A stretch of DNA of 64,000 nucleotides from a virus. Every line of letters starts with the position of its first letter. Position 1 is the stretch's first letter. The position numbers and the translations under genes were made by a program. Below, in pieces: positions 38,867-49,046 of this stretch. Location: positions 4,077 through 68,076 of the IMG/VR virus record IMGVR_UViG_3300045988_110853. One strand, 5' to 3'. The notes beneath the pieces are model-generated. The model saw nothing but the letters and a program-made list of their open reading frames with translations, made no database searches and had not been told where the DNA came from.

Positions 38867-40225
38867 TTACTTACAAAGATTACCCATAAACATAAGCGGA
38901 AGAAGGTCATCCGCGTTCTTAGAGTCCTTCATAAGGAAATACATCATCATAGGATTCTTAGAGAAATCCATGCCACCCTGACCACTCATCATAGAGAGCA
39001 TCAGCATGGTGTTCATGTCAAACTCGCCACTATTCTCACTCATCATGAAAAGGGGAAGCATATTACCGAACGGATTCTCCGCACTCGGCGCATTCTCAGG
39101 ACTCTTCATAAAAGAGTCAAACAGAGAAACAACACGAGTATAGAAGTTAAAGTTGAAGCAATTCTTCGTAGGAAGAATCTTTTTCTCCTCACCAGCCTGC
39201 GGATCGACAATCGTAATACCACTATCGCCAACCTCAATTACGAACATAGCCTTGCGGTTATGAACAATAACCATACCAGGGGCGATATCCTTGATGGCAA
39301 CCGGCATCTTGTAAAGGAACTTGCCACCATCAAAGTTGAAGATATCGACGTCGATAATCTCCTTACTCTCAGGGTTGTAAGAAACCCAAGTGCCGTTCGC
39401 GTTCTTCACAGCCAGGCCATACATAGACATACGAATGTTATCGTTGGTGCAGGGGCCAAAATCAAAATTAAACGCCTTCATTTTATTATTTCCTTTCTTA
39501 TCATCAACATTGTTAAATGTATTTTGTTCGTTCAAAACTTTATTGATTCGATCATCAATATAATCGTTATCAATCATAGCGCATTTATCTTTAATTGCTT
39601 CAATCTGACTACCAAGTGTAGTTGTGCCAAGGGTAGAGGTAGCGAAAATTGCGTTAGAATCAATTGAAGCAACTTTTCCAGTAAGACAATCACCATCAGA
39701 AACTACTGTAATAGGCGTGGCATTTAATTCTCCAAGAATTTTCTGGGCTTCTTCATCAGAAATAGTCCACGCAGTAGAAAATTCTGTATTCCACCCCGCA
39801 CACACTTTGGTATAATCAAGGTCATCGCGGGTTTTGCTTATATCGTTATTCTTTTCAACAGTCTTCTTTGCCCTACGCATCTTATATTCAAGAAACTTTT
39901 CAGAACATTTAATCGCATACTTATCTGTAAAAATATTACAAATATTATCAATCAGATACTTGCCGAAAGATCCATCAATACCATCGACAAAAAAAGAATA
40001 ATTTATAGTGTAAACATCGGGGTAGATATCAAAGAAAAGCTTACCATTAAGATCAGATTTAATAACAATTCTGACCATATTTTTAGAAGTTTTTAGCTTA
40101 CGCCAAAAAACATAATCAAACTTCTGATACTTATTATCTTGAACTGCTTGACTAAATCTATCTAAAATTTTATCAAAAATATTAGGTGGGAATTCAAAAA
40201 TTCCCATTACATTAGTTTCAGCCAT
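38867..40225 (-). CDS. hypothetical protein with Met-rich C-terminus
   Basis: 452 aa ORF. Confidence 0.5.
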   Translation of the reverse strand: MAETNVMGIFEFPPNIFDKILDRFSQAVQDNKYQKFDYVFWRKLKTSKNMVRIVIKSDLNGKLFFDIYPDVYTINYSFFVDGIDGSFGKYLIDNICNIFTDKYAIKCSEKFLEYKMRRAKKTVEKNNDISKTRDDLDYTKVCAGWNTEFSTAWTISDEEAQKILGELNATPITVVSDGDCLTGKVASIDSNAIFATSTLGTTTLGSQIEAIKDKCAMIDNDYIDDRINKVLNEQNTFNNVDDKKGNNKMKAFNFDFGPCTNDNIRMSMYGLAVKNANGTWVSYNPESKEIIDVDIFNFDGGKFLYKMPVAIKDIAPGMVIVHNRKAMFVIEVGDSGITIVDPQAGEEKKILPTKNCFNFNFYTRVVSLFDSFMKSPENAPSAENPFGNMLPLFMMSENSGEFDMNTMLMLSMMSGQGGMDFSKNPMMMYFLMKDSKNADDLLPLMFMGNLCK

Positions 40226-40378
40226 TTAATCTCCTCTCCACTTCTCGTCGAATATATTCCATATCGCTATCCGTCAAAGTGAGTTCAGTCTGAAAACTTG
40301 TGGCGCCCGCACTGATTTCCTTGATAATTCTTTCAAGTTCCTCAGTATGATTCGCATAGCACATAAACAAATTATCCA

Positions 40379-40654
40379 TTACTCCACCCACTCTTTCGTG
40401 TCCTTATCATTCCAGAAAAGATCAAACTCAGTATATGCAGTGCCATTCTTATCTTTCTCAATAAGAATATCCATCATATGTTTATAGCCACTATCATCAG
40501 GATAATCCATTTCCCAAATCTCACGAATTTCATAGCGAGACTCGTGCGGGTCTACCAAATGAGAAATGAATTCCTCTACGGTCCAAGTATCAGTAGCCGT
40601 ACAAAACACCAAACCATAACGCTCACTATGAACCGCGATTACCTTCTCAACCAT
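40379..40654 (-). CDS. hypothetical protein
   Basis: 91 aa ORF. Confidence 0.4.
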   Translation of the reverse strand: MVEKVIAVHSERYGLVFCTATDTWTVEEFISHLVDPHESRYEIREIWEMDYPDDSGYKHMMDILIEKDKNGTAYTEFDLFWNDKDTKEWVE

Positions 40655-40883
40655 TGTTATCTTCTCCTAATATATCACAAATTGCCTGATGACTAAATGT
40701 AATCTTTGCTCCAAAATAAGGAGCAGTTTCATCATCAGTGATAATAATTTCTGCGAAAGCAATATCATATTGATAAAAAATTACAATACGCTTAATTGCT
40801 TCTAAATAATCAGAGGCTACCATTATACCCTGAAATTCTTTTTCTTCTGGATCGGTTGTATGGACTATGTAATAATACTTCAT
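40647..40883 (-). CDS. hypothetical protein
   Basis: 78 aa ORF. Confidence 0.4.
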   Translation of the reverse strand: MKYYYIVHTTDPEEKEFQGIMVASDYLEAIKRIVIFYQYDIAFAEIIITDDETAPYFGAKITFSHQAICDILGEDNNG

Positions 40884-40904
40884 TACAAATAACCTCTTTT
40901 CTTA

Positions 40905-40945
40905 TTTTCTATATATATTATATATTATTTTTTTAAAAATGTCAA
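40905..40945 (-). promoter_or_regulatory. class-A promoter (perfect TTGACA-N17-TATAAT)
   Basis: -35 40940-40945, -10 40917-40922. Confidence 0.6.
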
Positions 40946-40952
40946 AAAGATT

Positions 40953-41240
40953 TTACCAACCACGACACACGAGCATACTTACATAGTCAGTATCACAAAA
41001 AGTATTGCGAAGCTCAGCATAAACGCGGTTTACATTAGCAAAGATTTCGCGCTCTTCTTCATCAACAAGAGATAAATCTTCATCATTGTTAATGAAATAA
41101 ACTTCGGTATAATAATCCCAATCACCAAGGATAATGTCTAAAACATCATCAATGTCGTTCTCAGACCATTCAGGAAAAGTATCGCGAAGCCAAATCGTAA
41201 ATTGATTTCCATATACAATAGGTTTCAAAGTATAATTCAT
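40953..41240 (-). CDS. hypothetical protein, tandem paralog A
   Basis: 95 aa; about 55 percent identical to 41275-41559 product (FANVNRVYAELR shared). Confidence 0.5.
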   Translation of the reverse strand: MNYTLKPIVYGNQFTIWLRDTFPEWSENDIDDVLDIILGDWDYYTEVYFINNDEDLSLVDEEEREIFANVNRVYAELRNTFCDTDYVSMLVCRGW

Positions 41241-41274
41241 ATAAAAAAGTCCTTTCTTAACTTCCTACATTATT

Positions 41275-41559
41275 TTACCAATCACAACATACAAGCAGGG
41301 TTTTGTAATCGGTATAACAAAAGAATTTGCGGAGTTCCGCATAGACGCGATTCACATTGGCAAAGATTTCAAACTCATCTTCATCACAGATAGATAGATC
41401 TTCATCATTACCAATAAAACGAATTTCTACATAGCTACCATAATTAAGAAGAAATTCCAGCACATCATTTATATCATCCTCAGTCCAATCGGGAAAAGTG
41501 TCATGAAGCCATTCAATGAACTGATCATGACGCACAACCGGCTTAGAAATATAAGTCAT
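41275..41559 (-). CDS. hypothetical protein, tandem paralog B
   Basis: 94 aa. Confidence 0.5.
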   Translation of the reverse strand: MTYISKPVVRHDQFIEWLHDTFPDWTEDDINDVLEFLLNYGSYVEIRFIGNDEDLSICDEDEFEIFANVNRVYAELRKFFCYTDYKTLLVCCDW

Positions 41560-41584
41560 ATAAAAAAAGTCCTTTCTTAACTTT

Positions 41585-41621
41585 CTATAAATATTATATA
41601 ATAATATTTATAAAAAATCAA
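41585..41621 (-). promoter_or_regulatory. class-A promoter
   Basis: TTGATT 41616-41621. Confidence 0.5.
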
Positions 41622-41640
41622 AAAAGGACTTTTAATTTAT

Positions 41641-42312
41641 TTAATTATCGAATAAATCAGTATCAATGATGGCGAAATTTGCGCGATGAATATATACTGC
41701 CTTGCCATCAATCATCAACTGAGTAGTCTTAGGAAGATTCTTTGGAATATCCCAAGAGACTTCATCACCCATAAACATACAAATGGGATCGCCCATCTGA
41801 GACTGGACTACTACGATCTTACTACCTACGTCCGCATTATTCAAATCCTTGGACTTCCAATACCACCAAGTAAGATTCCAATAATTATTCCAACTGCGGT
41901 CAGTAGGTGCGGAAATGCTGGGCCCATTGCCACTCGTAGTCAAGGTTTCCGCGGGAATATCTACATCATACTGAGTGAGACGGCTATCAGCAAAAATAAT
42001 AGTAGAACCGCAACTCTCAATACTCTTACCGTCAATATCAACACTTACAACCGACGAGAGGGAATAAGAACTAACCCAACTACCGTCCGTGTTATAAGCC
42101 CATTCCTTTACCTTATTGGGCTTAATATCAAAGGTCTCACCCTCGCATTGAAGCCACTGAGTGCCATAGTTATCATAGAAGGTGGCAAGAAAAGAAAGCT
42201 TAACATCGCCCTCTTCCGGCTCAGCGGTGATTGTAGTTGCTTCTGGACCACCACACGCAGTCAACGAAAGGCAAAGAATAATCGCAATAATACCACAAAT
42301 AAATCTCTTCAT
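41641..42312 (-). CDS. lipoprotein
   Basis: MKRFICGIIAIILCLSLTACGG signal peptide with lipobox. Confidence 0.6.
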   Translation of the reverse strand: MKRFICGIIAIILCLSLTACGGPEATTITAEPEEGDVKLSFLATFYDNYGTQWLQCEGETFDIKPNKVKEWAYNTDGSWVSSYSLSSVVSVDIDGKSIESCGSTIIFADSRLTQYDVDIPAETLTTSGNGPSISAPTDRSWNNYWNLTWWYWKSKDLNNADVGSKIVVVQSQMGDPICMFMGDEVSWDIPKNLPKTTQLMIDGKAVYIHRANFAIIDTDLFDN

Positions 42313-42315
42313 AAT

Positions 42316-42489
42316 TTAATGCTCCTTCGGATTATTTTCCATATACTTCTTGATACGTTCACCATTGAATCGAGAGGGACATTTGAGACAAATATAGCTA
42401 TTATAATAGTCGCACCAGTGCTTCTCTGTCCCATCAGGATTCAAAGTTGGATTCAGCGTATCATACGCACAATACATCTTATCAGTCAT
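42316..42489 (-). CDS. small zinc-ribbon protein
   Basis: 58 aa, CxxC...CxxC. Confidence 0.35.
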   Translation of the reverse strand: MTDKMYCAYDTLNPTLNPDGTEKHWCDYYNSYICLKCPSRFNGERIKKYMENNPKEH

Positions 42490-43208
42490 TATTTTACCTC
42501 ACTACATCTTGTTAATGTGTTAATTTTTACATTCTTACGAACATCTTGCGACTTCACAGTTCCGCGAATGTGATAAGTATCTCCAACAGCCCAATCGCTC
42601 TTGGAAGAAGTAATCCACATAAACTGATTACCGTCCGCATCGCTCATAGAATAAGCAATAGTATGACCGTATTTACTTTCAAGAGCATGCTTATCGTTGA
42701 TTTTCACAGTAATATCAATGCGGTCGCCGATATCACCGATCCACTGAGCCAGACTCTCGTCATATACAAGGGCGTCAACCGCGTGCTTTACCACTTCTTC
42801 ACGATAAAGTTCTCCATCGGGTCCGCCCACTTTATCCCAATCAAGGCGGATCGGCTCAACGTCTGCGGGAAGCGCAGGAATTTCATCACACGAGCGGAAA
42901 TACCAACCCCACAACCGCATATAGCGTGCGGAACTCATTTTGAACCAATCATTCTCTTCATCACAATTACCTTTAAAAATCGTGATATAACCCGCATCAC
43001 CAAATCCAAGAACCTGACGATGCGGAGCCATCTTAGTTGCTACCTCTTGGGCCTTTTCAGGGTAAAGCTTAGCATACTCCGCGTCTTCATACCAGCGCAC
43101 CTGACGAACAGTCCCGGTTTTCGGGTTCTTTACCTGAATATACTTCTTTCCCGCAGACACGTATACATCGCCAATGAATTCAAATTTCTGAAAACTCGGA
43201 GCTACCAT
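42489..43208 (-). CDS. hypothetical protein
   Basis: 239 aa ORF. Confidence 0.5.
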   Translation of the reverse strand: MVAPSFQKFEFIGDVYVSAGKKYIQVKNPKTGTVRQVRWYEDAEYAKLYPEKAQEVATKMAPHRQVLGFGDAGYITIFKGNCDEENDWFKMSSARYMRLWGWYFRSCDEIPALPADVEPIRLDWDKVGGPDGELYREEVVKHAVDALVYDESLAQWIGDIGDRIDITVKINDKHALESKYGHTIAYSMSDADGNQFMWITSSKSDWAVGDTYHIRGTVKSQDVRKNVKINTLTRCSEVK

Positions 43209-43211
43209 ACT

Positions 43212-43499
43212 TTAAAACCTCCACAAACTATGTATACTGAAATTCTGACTTTGATCTAAAATATACGCTTCAACGGTTTCATACTTCTTGGAAGGATTAT
43301 AATGATTATATCTCTCAAAACCACTTTTCATACCTTCAAAATAGACCTGGGGAGAAATCTCATAATAAATACAAGAAAAAAGAAAACTTTCATAAACCTC
43401 TTCCTCATAAAAAGAAAGAAGTATTTCATAAGCGTCATCAAGACTATCGCACGCTAAAAGGGGCTGAAATTCGTCCCATACAATATGAACTCTATTCAT
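43212..43499 (-). CDS. hypothetical protein
   Basis: 95 aa ORF. Confidence 0.4.
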   Translation of the reverse strand: MNRVHIVWDEFQPLLACDSLDDAYEILLSFYEEEVYESFLFSCIYYEISPQVYFEGMKSGFERYNHYNPSKKYETVEAYILDQSQNFSIHSLWRF

Positions 43500-43816
43500 A
43501 GCATCACACGCTCCTGAATATAATATTCGTGGCTCTTAAACTGAATTGCGAAACCTTCTGTTGTGATATAGGGAGATCTCATTGCTTGAAGCTTACTATA
43601 CCAATCTTTCAGATCGGCAACCTCAGGCCACCACTTTTCCGGCTTAACGGTAAGATAAGAGCTGGTGAATTGTGTGGTATCACTAAGAAACCGCTCATAC
43701 ATTGCTTCCTCTTGGAGAGAAAGGACTGTCTCCTGAGCGTCATCAATAGTTTCTGCGAGAAGAACAACCTCTTCGGTCTCGTTATCAATAATAGCGTAAA
43801 TCGTTTTCATAATCAA
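43496..43816 (-). CDS. hypothetical protein
   Basis: 106 aa ORF. Confidence 0.4.
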   Translation of the reverse strand: MIMKTIYAIIDNETEEVVLLAETIDDAQETVLSLQEEAMYERFLSDTTQFTSSYLTVKPEKWWPEVADLKDWYSKLQAMRSPYITTEGFAIQFKSHEYYIQERVML

Positions 43817-44064
43817 AACTCCTTATACTTTTCATACTCTTCTTCGGTGATTTCCCAAAGATTGTATCCACATTCAGCAAGATAAGCGTCATACTCGCCA
43901 TAAAAATCTTCTTCGCTTTGCTCGTCCCACCACTCCATAGCGTCATCTTCAACACAAGACTCTGCATATCGCTCCATATCTTTTTCAGTGCCCTTGAAGA
44001 AGTGATCCATAGTCTCACCGCAGTAGCAGGTATAAGTCTGAATATGGTAAAATTTAATTTCCAT
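43813..44064 (-). CDS. hypothetical acidic protein
   Basis: 83 aa ORF. Confidence 0.4.
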   Translation of the reverse strand: MEIKFYHIQTYTCYCGETMDHFFKGTEKDMERYAESCVEDDAMEWWDEQSEEDFYGEYDAYLAECGYNLWEITEEEYEKYKEF

Positions 44065-44065
44065 A

Positions 44066-44338
44066 TTAATCCTCCATCAGATAATCAAATCCATAACCGC
44101 ACAGATGGCCTTCTTCAATCCAAGAGATATGACAAGAACCGCCTTCTTCATTGGGCCATACCGCGCAAGAGAGATTCCATTGCTGAGTGCGAGGAAGATT
44201 ATTGAAATATTTGAGAATTTCATCGACCGCGCTTTCGTCGCAAGTCATTACATCATAGCCACCGTGGCCGTATTTCACGCAAATGTTCTCGATATCTTCT
44301 TCAATCTTAGAATAAGGAATATTAACAGTGCCAAGCAT
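44066..44338 (-). CDS. hypothetical protein
   Basis: 90 aa ORF. Confidence 0.4.
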   Translation of the reverse strand: MLGTVNIPYSKIEEDIENICVKYGHGGYDVMTCDESAVDEILKYFNNLPRTQQWNLSCAVWPNEEGGSCHISWIEEGHLCGYGFDYLMED

Positions 44339-44364
44339 AAGCGTCTCTCCTTTTTTTTATCTTC

Positions 44365-44415
44365 TCTTTAACTTTCTATAAATATTATAATATATTTTTT
44401 TATAAAAATAAAGAA
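44365..44415 (-). promoter_or_regulatory. class-A promoter variant
   Basis: ctttctataaatattataatatatttttttataaaaataaagaaag. Confidence 0.4.
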
Positions 44416-44427
44416 AGACCTTATGAT

Positions 44428-44607
44428 TTACATAAGGTCTTTCTTATCATCATCTTTATCAGAGGCCTTCCAGAAACAGCGAATCGCTAAGACAGCCCAA
44501 GTAAGGAGCGCGGGAACGGCGATCTCTAAACCTACGCCTTCCATAATATTGATACAGGCTCCACCGCATAGGACACAAAAGCAAATTCCACCTACTTTAT
44601 TTATCAT
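44428..44607 (-). CDS. small membrane protein
   Basis: hydrophobic, Cys-rich. Confidence 0.3.
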   Translation of the reverse strand: MINKVGGICFCVLCGGACINIMEGVGLEIAVPALLTWAVLAIRCFWKASDKDDDKKDLM

Positions 44608-44782
44608 CGGGATGCTCCTCCGTGTCTTTATTCTCGGTAATAAAATCATACCAATAGCTAAATGCGATGGTGCCAGATAAAATCACCGGAACAATCCAAT
44701 GAATAGGATGATTATGAATTCCTTCCAAACAAAGGAATGTTGTAAGGAAAGTATAGCACCCAGCAACAAGAAATTTCATCAT
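44597..44782 (-). CDS. small membrane protein
   Basis: 61 aa hydrophobic ORF. Confidence 0.4.
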   Translation of the reverse strand: MMKFLVAGCYTFLTTFLCLEGIHNHPIHWIVPVILSGTIAFSYWYDFITENKDTEEHPDDK

Positions 44783-44947
44783 AAATCAGCCCCTCCGACA
44801 ATCATTAGCATCAAGAAAACCGCAAGCAGAAATTATTCCGGCAAGAATTACGGTAATGGGCCAAGGAATACTAATTCCCGAAACTCCAATGAAGGTAAAA
44901 AATATAGCTAAAAACCCATAACCGAGGCCAATTACAAAACCAGCTTT
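44783..44947 (-). CDS. small membrane protein (GTG start)
   Basis: RBS ggagg then GTG; hydrophobic 54 aa. Confidence 0.3.
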
Positions 44948-45249
44948 CACAGTTCAAATCCTCCATACATCATAGACTGAGCGGAGAAACGGAGCAAACC
45001 CGCAATCATTTCGCGGTTCTTAATATCCTTTTTGAGAGTCTCAGGGCAACAACCTGTGGTTTCCTCGATATAGGAGACGAGTTCCGCATTGCGCTCACGA
45101 GTTTCCGCGAGTTCCTTCTTCGCGGTTTCCAGCTCCTTTTGGGCTTCTGCGAGTTCGCGACAAAGTTGAAGATTACGTGCTTGAAGCTTAGTCTTTTCGC
45201 GTTCAAAAGCAAGGTCTTTCGCACTCTTCTTATACTTACTCGTTGCCAT
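44947..45249 (-). CDS. coiled-coil protein
   Basis: 100 aa ORF. Confidence 0.45.
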   Translation of the reverse strand: MATSKYKKSAKDLAFEREKTKLQARNLQLCRELAEAQKELETAKKELAETRERNAELVSYIEETTGCCPETLKKDIKNREMIAGLLRFSAQSMMYGGFEL

Positions 45250-45838
45250 TGAGATTCATCTCCTCTTCATAAAGTTCCTTATAAATCTGAGTGGTTTCGG
45301 GATAGCAGAACACATTATACTGATTATAGTATTCCGTGGCGAAATGCTCCTCAAATGTTTCAATCTGAGCGTCAATCTCAGTATTAGAATATCCACTTAC
45401 TTTGATAAACACAGGATCGCCAACACGATTGCGACTCAAAGAATTAAAATAATCAATGCGATAATACTCAGTCCGCATTTCTTCATCTTCATCTTTATCG
45501 TCAAGACCATTGGCTCGATCCCAAAGAGTATCAAGCATCTGTCCGTAGGGGAAGAACCCAAACTCAGGGAACTTCTTACCGAAAATCATTTCAATACCTT
45601 CGGGATACTCTTCGAACTCAGACACTTCAAACGCACTGAGGAAATCGTTGACATTGTTATATTCAATTTCCTCATTGGTGCCGATCTGATAAACAAACGG
45701 CAAACCGCACTCAATATCTGTGATGATCGCATTTACAGTCGCAGTATAATGTTCGTATTCCTTTTCGTCCATAATGGAGAAGCCTTCAACAAACATTTCA
45801 TCAGCCCAGTTATCTTTATAATTAACATAATAAAACAT
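45236..45838 (-). CDS. hypothetical acidic protein
   Basis: 200 aa ORF. Confidence 0.5.
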   Translation of the reverse strand: MFYYVNYKDNWADEMFVEGFSIMDEKEYEHYTATVNAIITDIECGLPFVYQIGTNEEIEYNNVNDFLSAFEVSEFEEYPEGIEMIFGKKFPEFGFFPYGQMLDTLWDRANGLDDKDEDEEMRTEYYRIDYFNSLSRNRVGDPVFIKVSGYSNTEIDAQIETFEEHFATEYYNQYNVFCYPETTQIYKELYEEEMNLNGNE

Positions 45839-45859
45839 ATTGATTACTCCTCCACAATC

Positions 45860-46183
45860 TTAATGAACGTCAATGCCTTCAACCGCATTTTTACAATTCC
45901 AAAGAATATCAAAAGCCTTTGCGACCTTTTCAGTGTTAATTAACTTAGCAGGAGAGAGATCTATTGCGTCAAAAGCTTCTACGACTTTATCTTCTTCAAT
46001 GTCTTCATAGTGAACGGTCTTAATGATATAAGTTTCATCGTGAGAAATCGCAATCTTATTAACAAAAAGCCAGAAACTATACTTATGAATATCACCTTTG
46101 CAGATGACAAACTTATCGTGATAGCCATCATCAAAAACGATTGCATCAATAAACTTTTCCATAATTATCATTTCCTCTCTCAC
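45860..46183 (-). CDS. hypothetical protein
   Basis: 107 aa ORF. Confidence 0.45.
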   Translation of the reverse strand: MREEMIIMEKFIDAIVFDDGYHDKFVICKGDIHKYSFWLFVNKIAISHDETYIIKTVHYEDIEEDKVVEAFDAIDLSPAKLINTEKVAKAFDILWNCKNAVEGIDVH

Positions 46184-46196
46184 TAATGTTTATTGC

Positions 46197-46379
46197 TTAT
46201 TCTTTTACGCTTCGAATAAAACTTTCAAGAATTGAAATGTTTAAAGTAAGGTCATCAAGCTCATCGCTATCAATGACACCCTGCCAGTCAAGCATATCAA
46301 CATAGGTGTCAATTGTTTCAAGAGCCTTAACTGCGTCTTCCTTAGTAAAGGGCTTTTCTACCAACTTCATAATTATCAT
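46197..46379 (-). CDS. small hypothetical protein
   Basis: 60 aa ORF after class-A promoter. Confidence 0.4.
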   Translation of the reverse strand: MIIMKLVEKPFTKEDAVKALETIDTYVDMLDWQGVIDSDELDDLTLNISILESFIRSVKE

Positions 46380-46394
46380 TCCCTTTCTTAACTT

Positions 46395-46432
46395 TCTATA
46401 AATATTATATATTATTTTTTATAAAAAATCAA
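46395..46432 (-). promoter_or_regulatory. class-A promoter
   Basis: TTGATT 46427-46432. Confidence 0.5.
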
Positions 46433-46615
46433 TAAAACTCTTTTTTGGAGGTATCATACATCAAGAGCCACAGCGTATATAAGATAGCCTATTCAAGTTT
46501 GTTAGCAAAACTATCATACCCACTTATAATCTAACCTTATTGAATAGCACCCCTGAGTGGTATGGACTAAAACTTTATCCTATTGGGGAAGAGAATGCCC
46601 TTCCAGAGTTTTATA

Positions 46616-46933
46616 TTAAGTATTGTGAATATCTACACAACAGTATTCGTTGATAAAGAGACTCCTACCAAGCGTCGCAAATTCGCGGTCAAGCTCACGA
46701 ACGGAAAGCTCAGTGTTATCGCGGACAGGCCAAACTTCCCATTCGATACCCTCTTCAACTTCTTCCAGATCGTAATCTGCAAAAATGTGGCTATAACTAT
46801 CAATTACATCATAAGCCATTCCTTTGCCAATATCATTGGCTTCCGCTTCATTCTCAACTTCAAAAACACCGCCGGTGTTAATGCCGTGAAGTCCGCAGAA
46901 AATGCTTTCATAAGCGTAAATCATTACAACCAT
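46616..46933 (-). CDS. hypothetical protein
   Basis: 105 aa ORF. Confidence 0.4.
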   Translation of the reverse strand: MVVMIYAYESIFCGLHGINTGGVFEVENEAEANDIGKGMAYDVIDSYSHIFADYDLEEVEEGIEWEVWPVRDNTELSVRELDREFATLGRSLFINEYCCVDIHNT

Positions 46934-47190
46934 TAGATAGTCTCCTTATCAACTTCCATAATCTTTACATAATAGTCGCCATAGCCGTGAACGAAAAATC
47001 CATCAAACGAAGGCTTTTTACTATACGAGATAGACTTATTCTTTTCCCACCGCTCTTGCGCTTCCTTTTCTCTCTTTCGTCCTGCTTCAAAAGCCTTCTC
47101 CTCAGTAGAATAAAGGCCAAGCACCGCGGTATCATCACCGCCAAAACTATCATAATGATAACAAAGAGCATAAATAGTCATTAAGAACAC
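46933..47190 (-). CDS. hypothetical protein
   Basis: 85 aa ORF. Confidence 0.4.
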   Translation of the reverse strand: MFLMTIYALCYHYDSFGGDDTAVLGLYSTEEKAFEAGRKREKEAQERWEKNKSISYSKKPSFDGFFVHGYGDYYVKIMEVDKETI

Positions 47191-47456
47191 ACCTCCGTAT
47201 GATAAGTTCCAAGAGAACCATCGGCGTTAATCCAAGAGACAATCAGCATATAAACCATTTCGATACCAATTGTGTCGAAAACGCAAGGAATTTCAATATT
47301 ATACTCGCGGATTCGACCCTCACCCTTAGCCTTGGAGAAAAGAATCTCAACCGCATTGGCGATATGAACGCCATCCTTAGAAACGAGCATTGCGTATTCA
47401 TCATCTTCTGGATCAGTATACTTCCTGCCAATCAAATCCCAAAGCTCTACATACAT
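47181..47456 (-). CDS. hypothetical protein
   Basis: 91 aa ORF. Confidence 0.4.
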   Translation of the reverse strand: MYVELWDLIGRKYTDPEDDEYAMLVSKDGVHIANAVEILFSKAKGEGRIREYNIEIPCVFDTIGIEMVYMLIVSWINADGSLGTYHTEVCS

Positions 47457-47474
47457 ATTTTTTATTTTCCTTTC

Positions 47475-47525
47475 CTTAACTTTCTATATATATATTATAA
47501 TATATTTTTTTATAAAAATAAAATA
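47475..47525 (-). promoter_or_regulatory. class-A promoter variant
   Basis: ctttctatatatatattataatatatttttttataaaaataaaataagg. Confidence 0.4.
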
Positions 47526-47557
47526 AGGACTTATGAATTAACATAAGTCCTTATTAT

Positions 47558-48163
47558 TTAATATACATTATCTGCTTTACCGAGATAATACATAATTTCG
47601 CCAACATCAGTAATTTTACCTTCGACGGTAATATAAGTTCCAATAGAAGCGTTTTTAATAAATTCATACACATCAGAAGATTTCTTCATATTCCACTGAA
47701 TAGTATTGGCAATGACAAAACTGTCGTCATCTTCGGCAATAGTAAAATATTTACCATCACTATCTACATTCCGCAAATACCCTGAGACGCGAATATACTG
47801 GCCCTCATAATCTTCTGCTTGCATAGGATAATTATCCACAAGAGCAATCATATCGCCAATATTTTCATTAGAATATTTATCTTCTTCACTCTTGGTGGCG
47901 GTTTCCTGCTCTTCGATCTCTTCGACGGGATCAACCGCGCTTTGAGACGAGGCATCCGCACTCTCTACAATCGGAGTGCGGTATACAATAGGTTCGGGAT
48001 CGGGATTCCTAATGACATAATCAATTCCTGTAAAGATGATAAGTACAAGGAGAATATGGAACCATGTCTTATCATAAAAAGGAACCTTTACATTGCCTCC
48101 ACAAAACGGACAAATCTTTGACTTATCAGAAATGGGCTGACCGCAATGTTTACAAATAATCAT
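47558..48163 (-). CDS. zinc-ribbon / single-TM protein with extracytoplasmic domain
   Basis: CKHCG...CPFCG then hydrophobic segment. Confidence 0.5.
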   Translation of the reverse strand: MIICKHCGQPISDKSKICPFCGGNVKVPFYDKTWFHILLVLIIFTGIDYVIRNPDPEPIVYRTPIVESADASSQSAVDPVEEIEEQETATKSEEDKYSNENIGDMIALVDNYPMQAEDYEGQYIRVSGYLRNVDSDGKYFTIAEDDDSFVIANTIQWNMKKSSDVYEFIKNASIGTYITVEGKITDVGEIMYYLGKADNVY

Positions 48164-48174
48164 TTTTATTCTCC

Positions 48175-48579
48175 TTACTTTAACTCGATAAATTCAAGTC
48201 GATCAACATATTCTCCGGCATAGATCTTCAACCAAGGGTTTGCGCGATTAGATTTTGCGCTTGCAAGGTCTTCATTATACTCCTGAACTTCCTTATAAAG
48301 TTCGGTTGCGCCAAGGTTGTTATCATTATCAGTATAGTCCTGTTCAAGTCGCCATTCAAGAGTGGCCTTACGAGTTGTATATTTCTCATAGAGAGAATCA
48401 CTGTATACATTTTCATTGATAATCACAATAGTAGAAAATACCATTACGATTCCAAAGATAACGGTGCCGATGAAGCCAACAATCGAACTAATACAACCAA
48501 GAGCAGAATATTTATTACAACCCCAAACTATGAGAGCAATAAAAACCGCAAGCGCAAGAATAAAAACTACATAAAGCAT
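48175..48579 (-). CDS. membrane protein
   Basis: 134 aa, two N-terminal hydrophobic helices. Confidence 0.45.
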   Translation of the reverse strand: MLYVVFILALAVFIALIVWGCNKYSALGCISSIVGFIGTVIFGIVMVFSTIVIINENVYSDSLYEKYTTRKATLEWRLEQDYTDNDNNLGATELYKEVQEYNEDLASAKSNRANPWLKIYAGEYVDRLEFIELK

Positions 48580-48592
48580 AACTATCTTCTCC

Positions 48593-48799
48593 TTAATGAA
48601 TAAAATATTGAATTACTCCATACGCTCCTGATATGATTGGGAGCGTAGAGATTATAAGTAGCAAACTTCCAGTAATGACACAAGTGTCAATTAAAAACGT
48701 ATCTTTGGGAGGGGAAGCGCCGTCAGCAAGCTTGAAGATACATAAGGCAAGCCTTGCTATAATTAATCCAAGAATAATTTCTACAATAAACTCTACCAT
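48593..48799 (-). CDS. small membrane protein
   Basis: 68 aa hydrophobic. Confidence 0.4.
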   Translation of the reverse strand: MVEFIVEIILGLIIARLALCIFKLADGASPPKDTFLIDTCVITGSLLLIISTLPIISGAYGVIQYFIH

Positions 48800-48875
48800 A
48801 TACCCTCCTTCTTAATCTAAATCATCAAATAAAACTGATAAAATACCAAGAGCGCAAAAGCAAAGAATTATTGCT

Positions 48876-49046
48876 TTAAACATAAAAGACCGACTGAATG
48901 AAACCTGTAAACAGGCAGAGCAACATACCCATTCCGCAGTAATAATACTTCTCACTGAGGGGCATAGTATCATCATTCAGTAGATCAAGATACATAAATG
49001 CGAAAAATACCAAAATAATAAACAACATAATAATCATTTCTCCCAT
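48876..49046 (-). CDS. small membrane protein
   Basis: RBS gaggaggtaagaagat then ATG; hydrophobic 56 aa. Confidence 0.4.
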   Translation of the reverse strand: MGEMIIMLFIILVFFAFMYLDLLNDDTMPLSEKYYYCGMGMLLCLFTGFIQSVFYV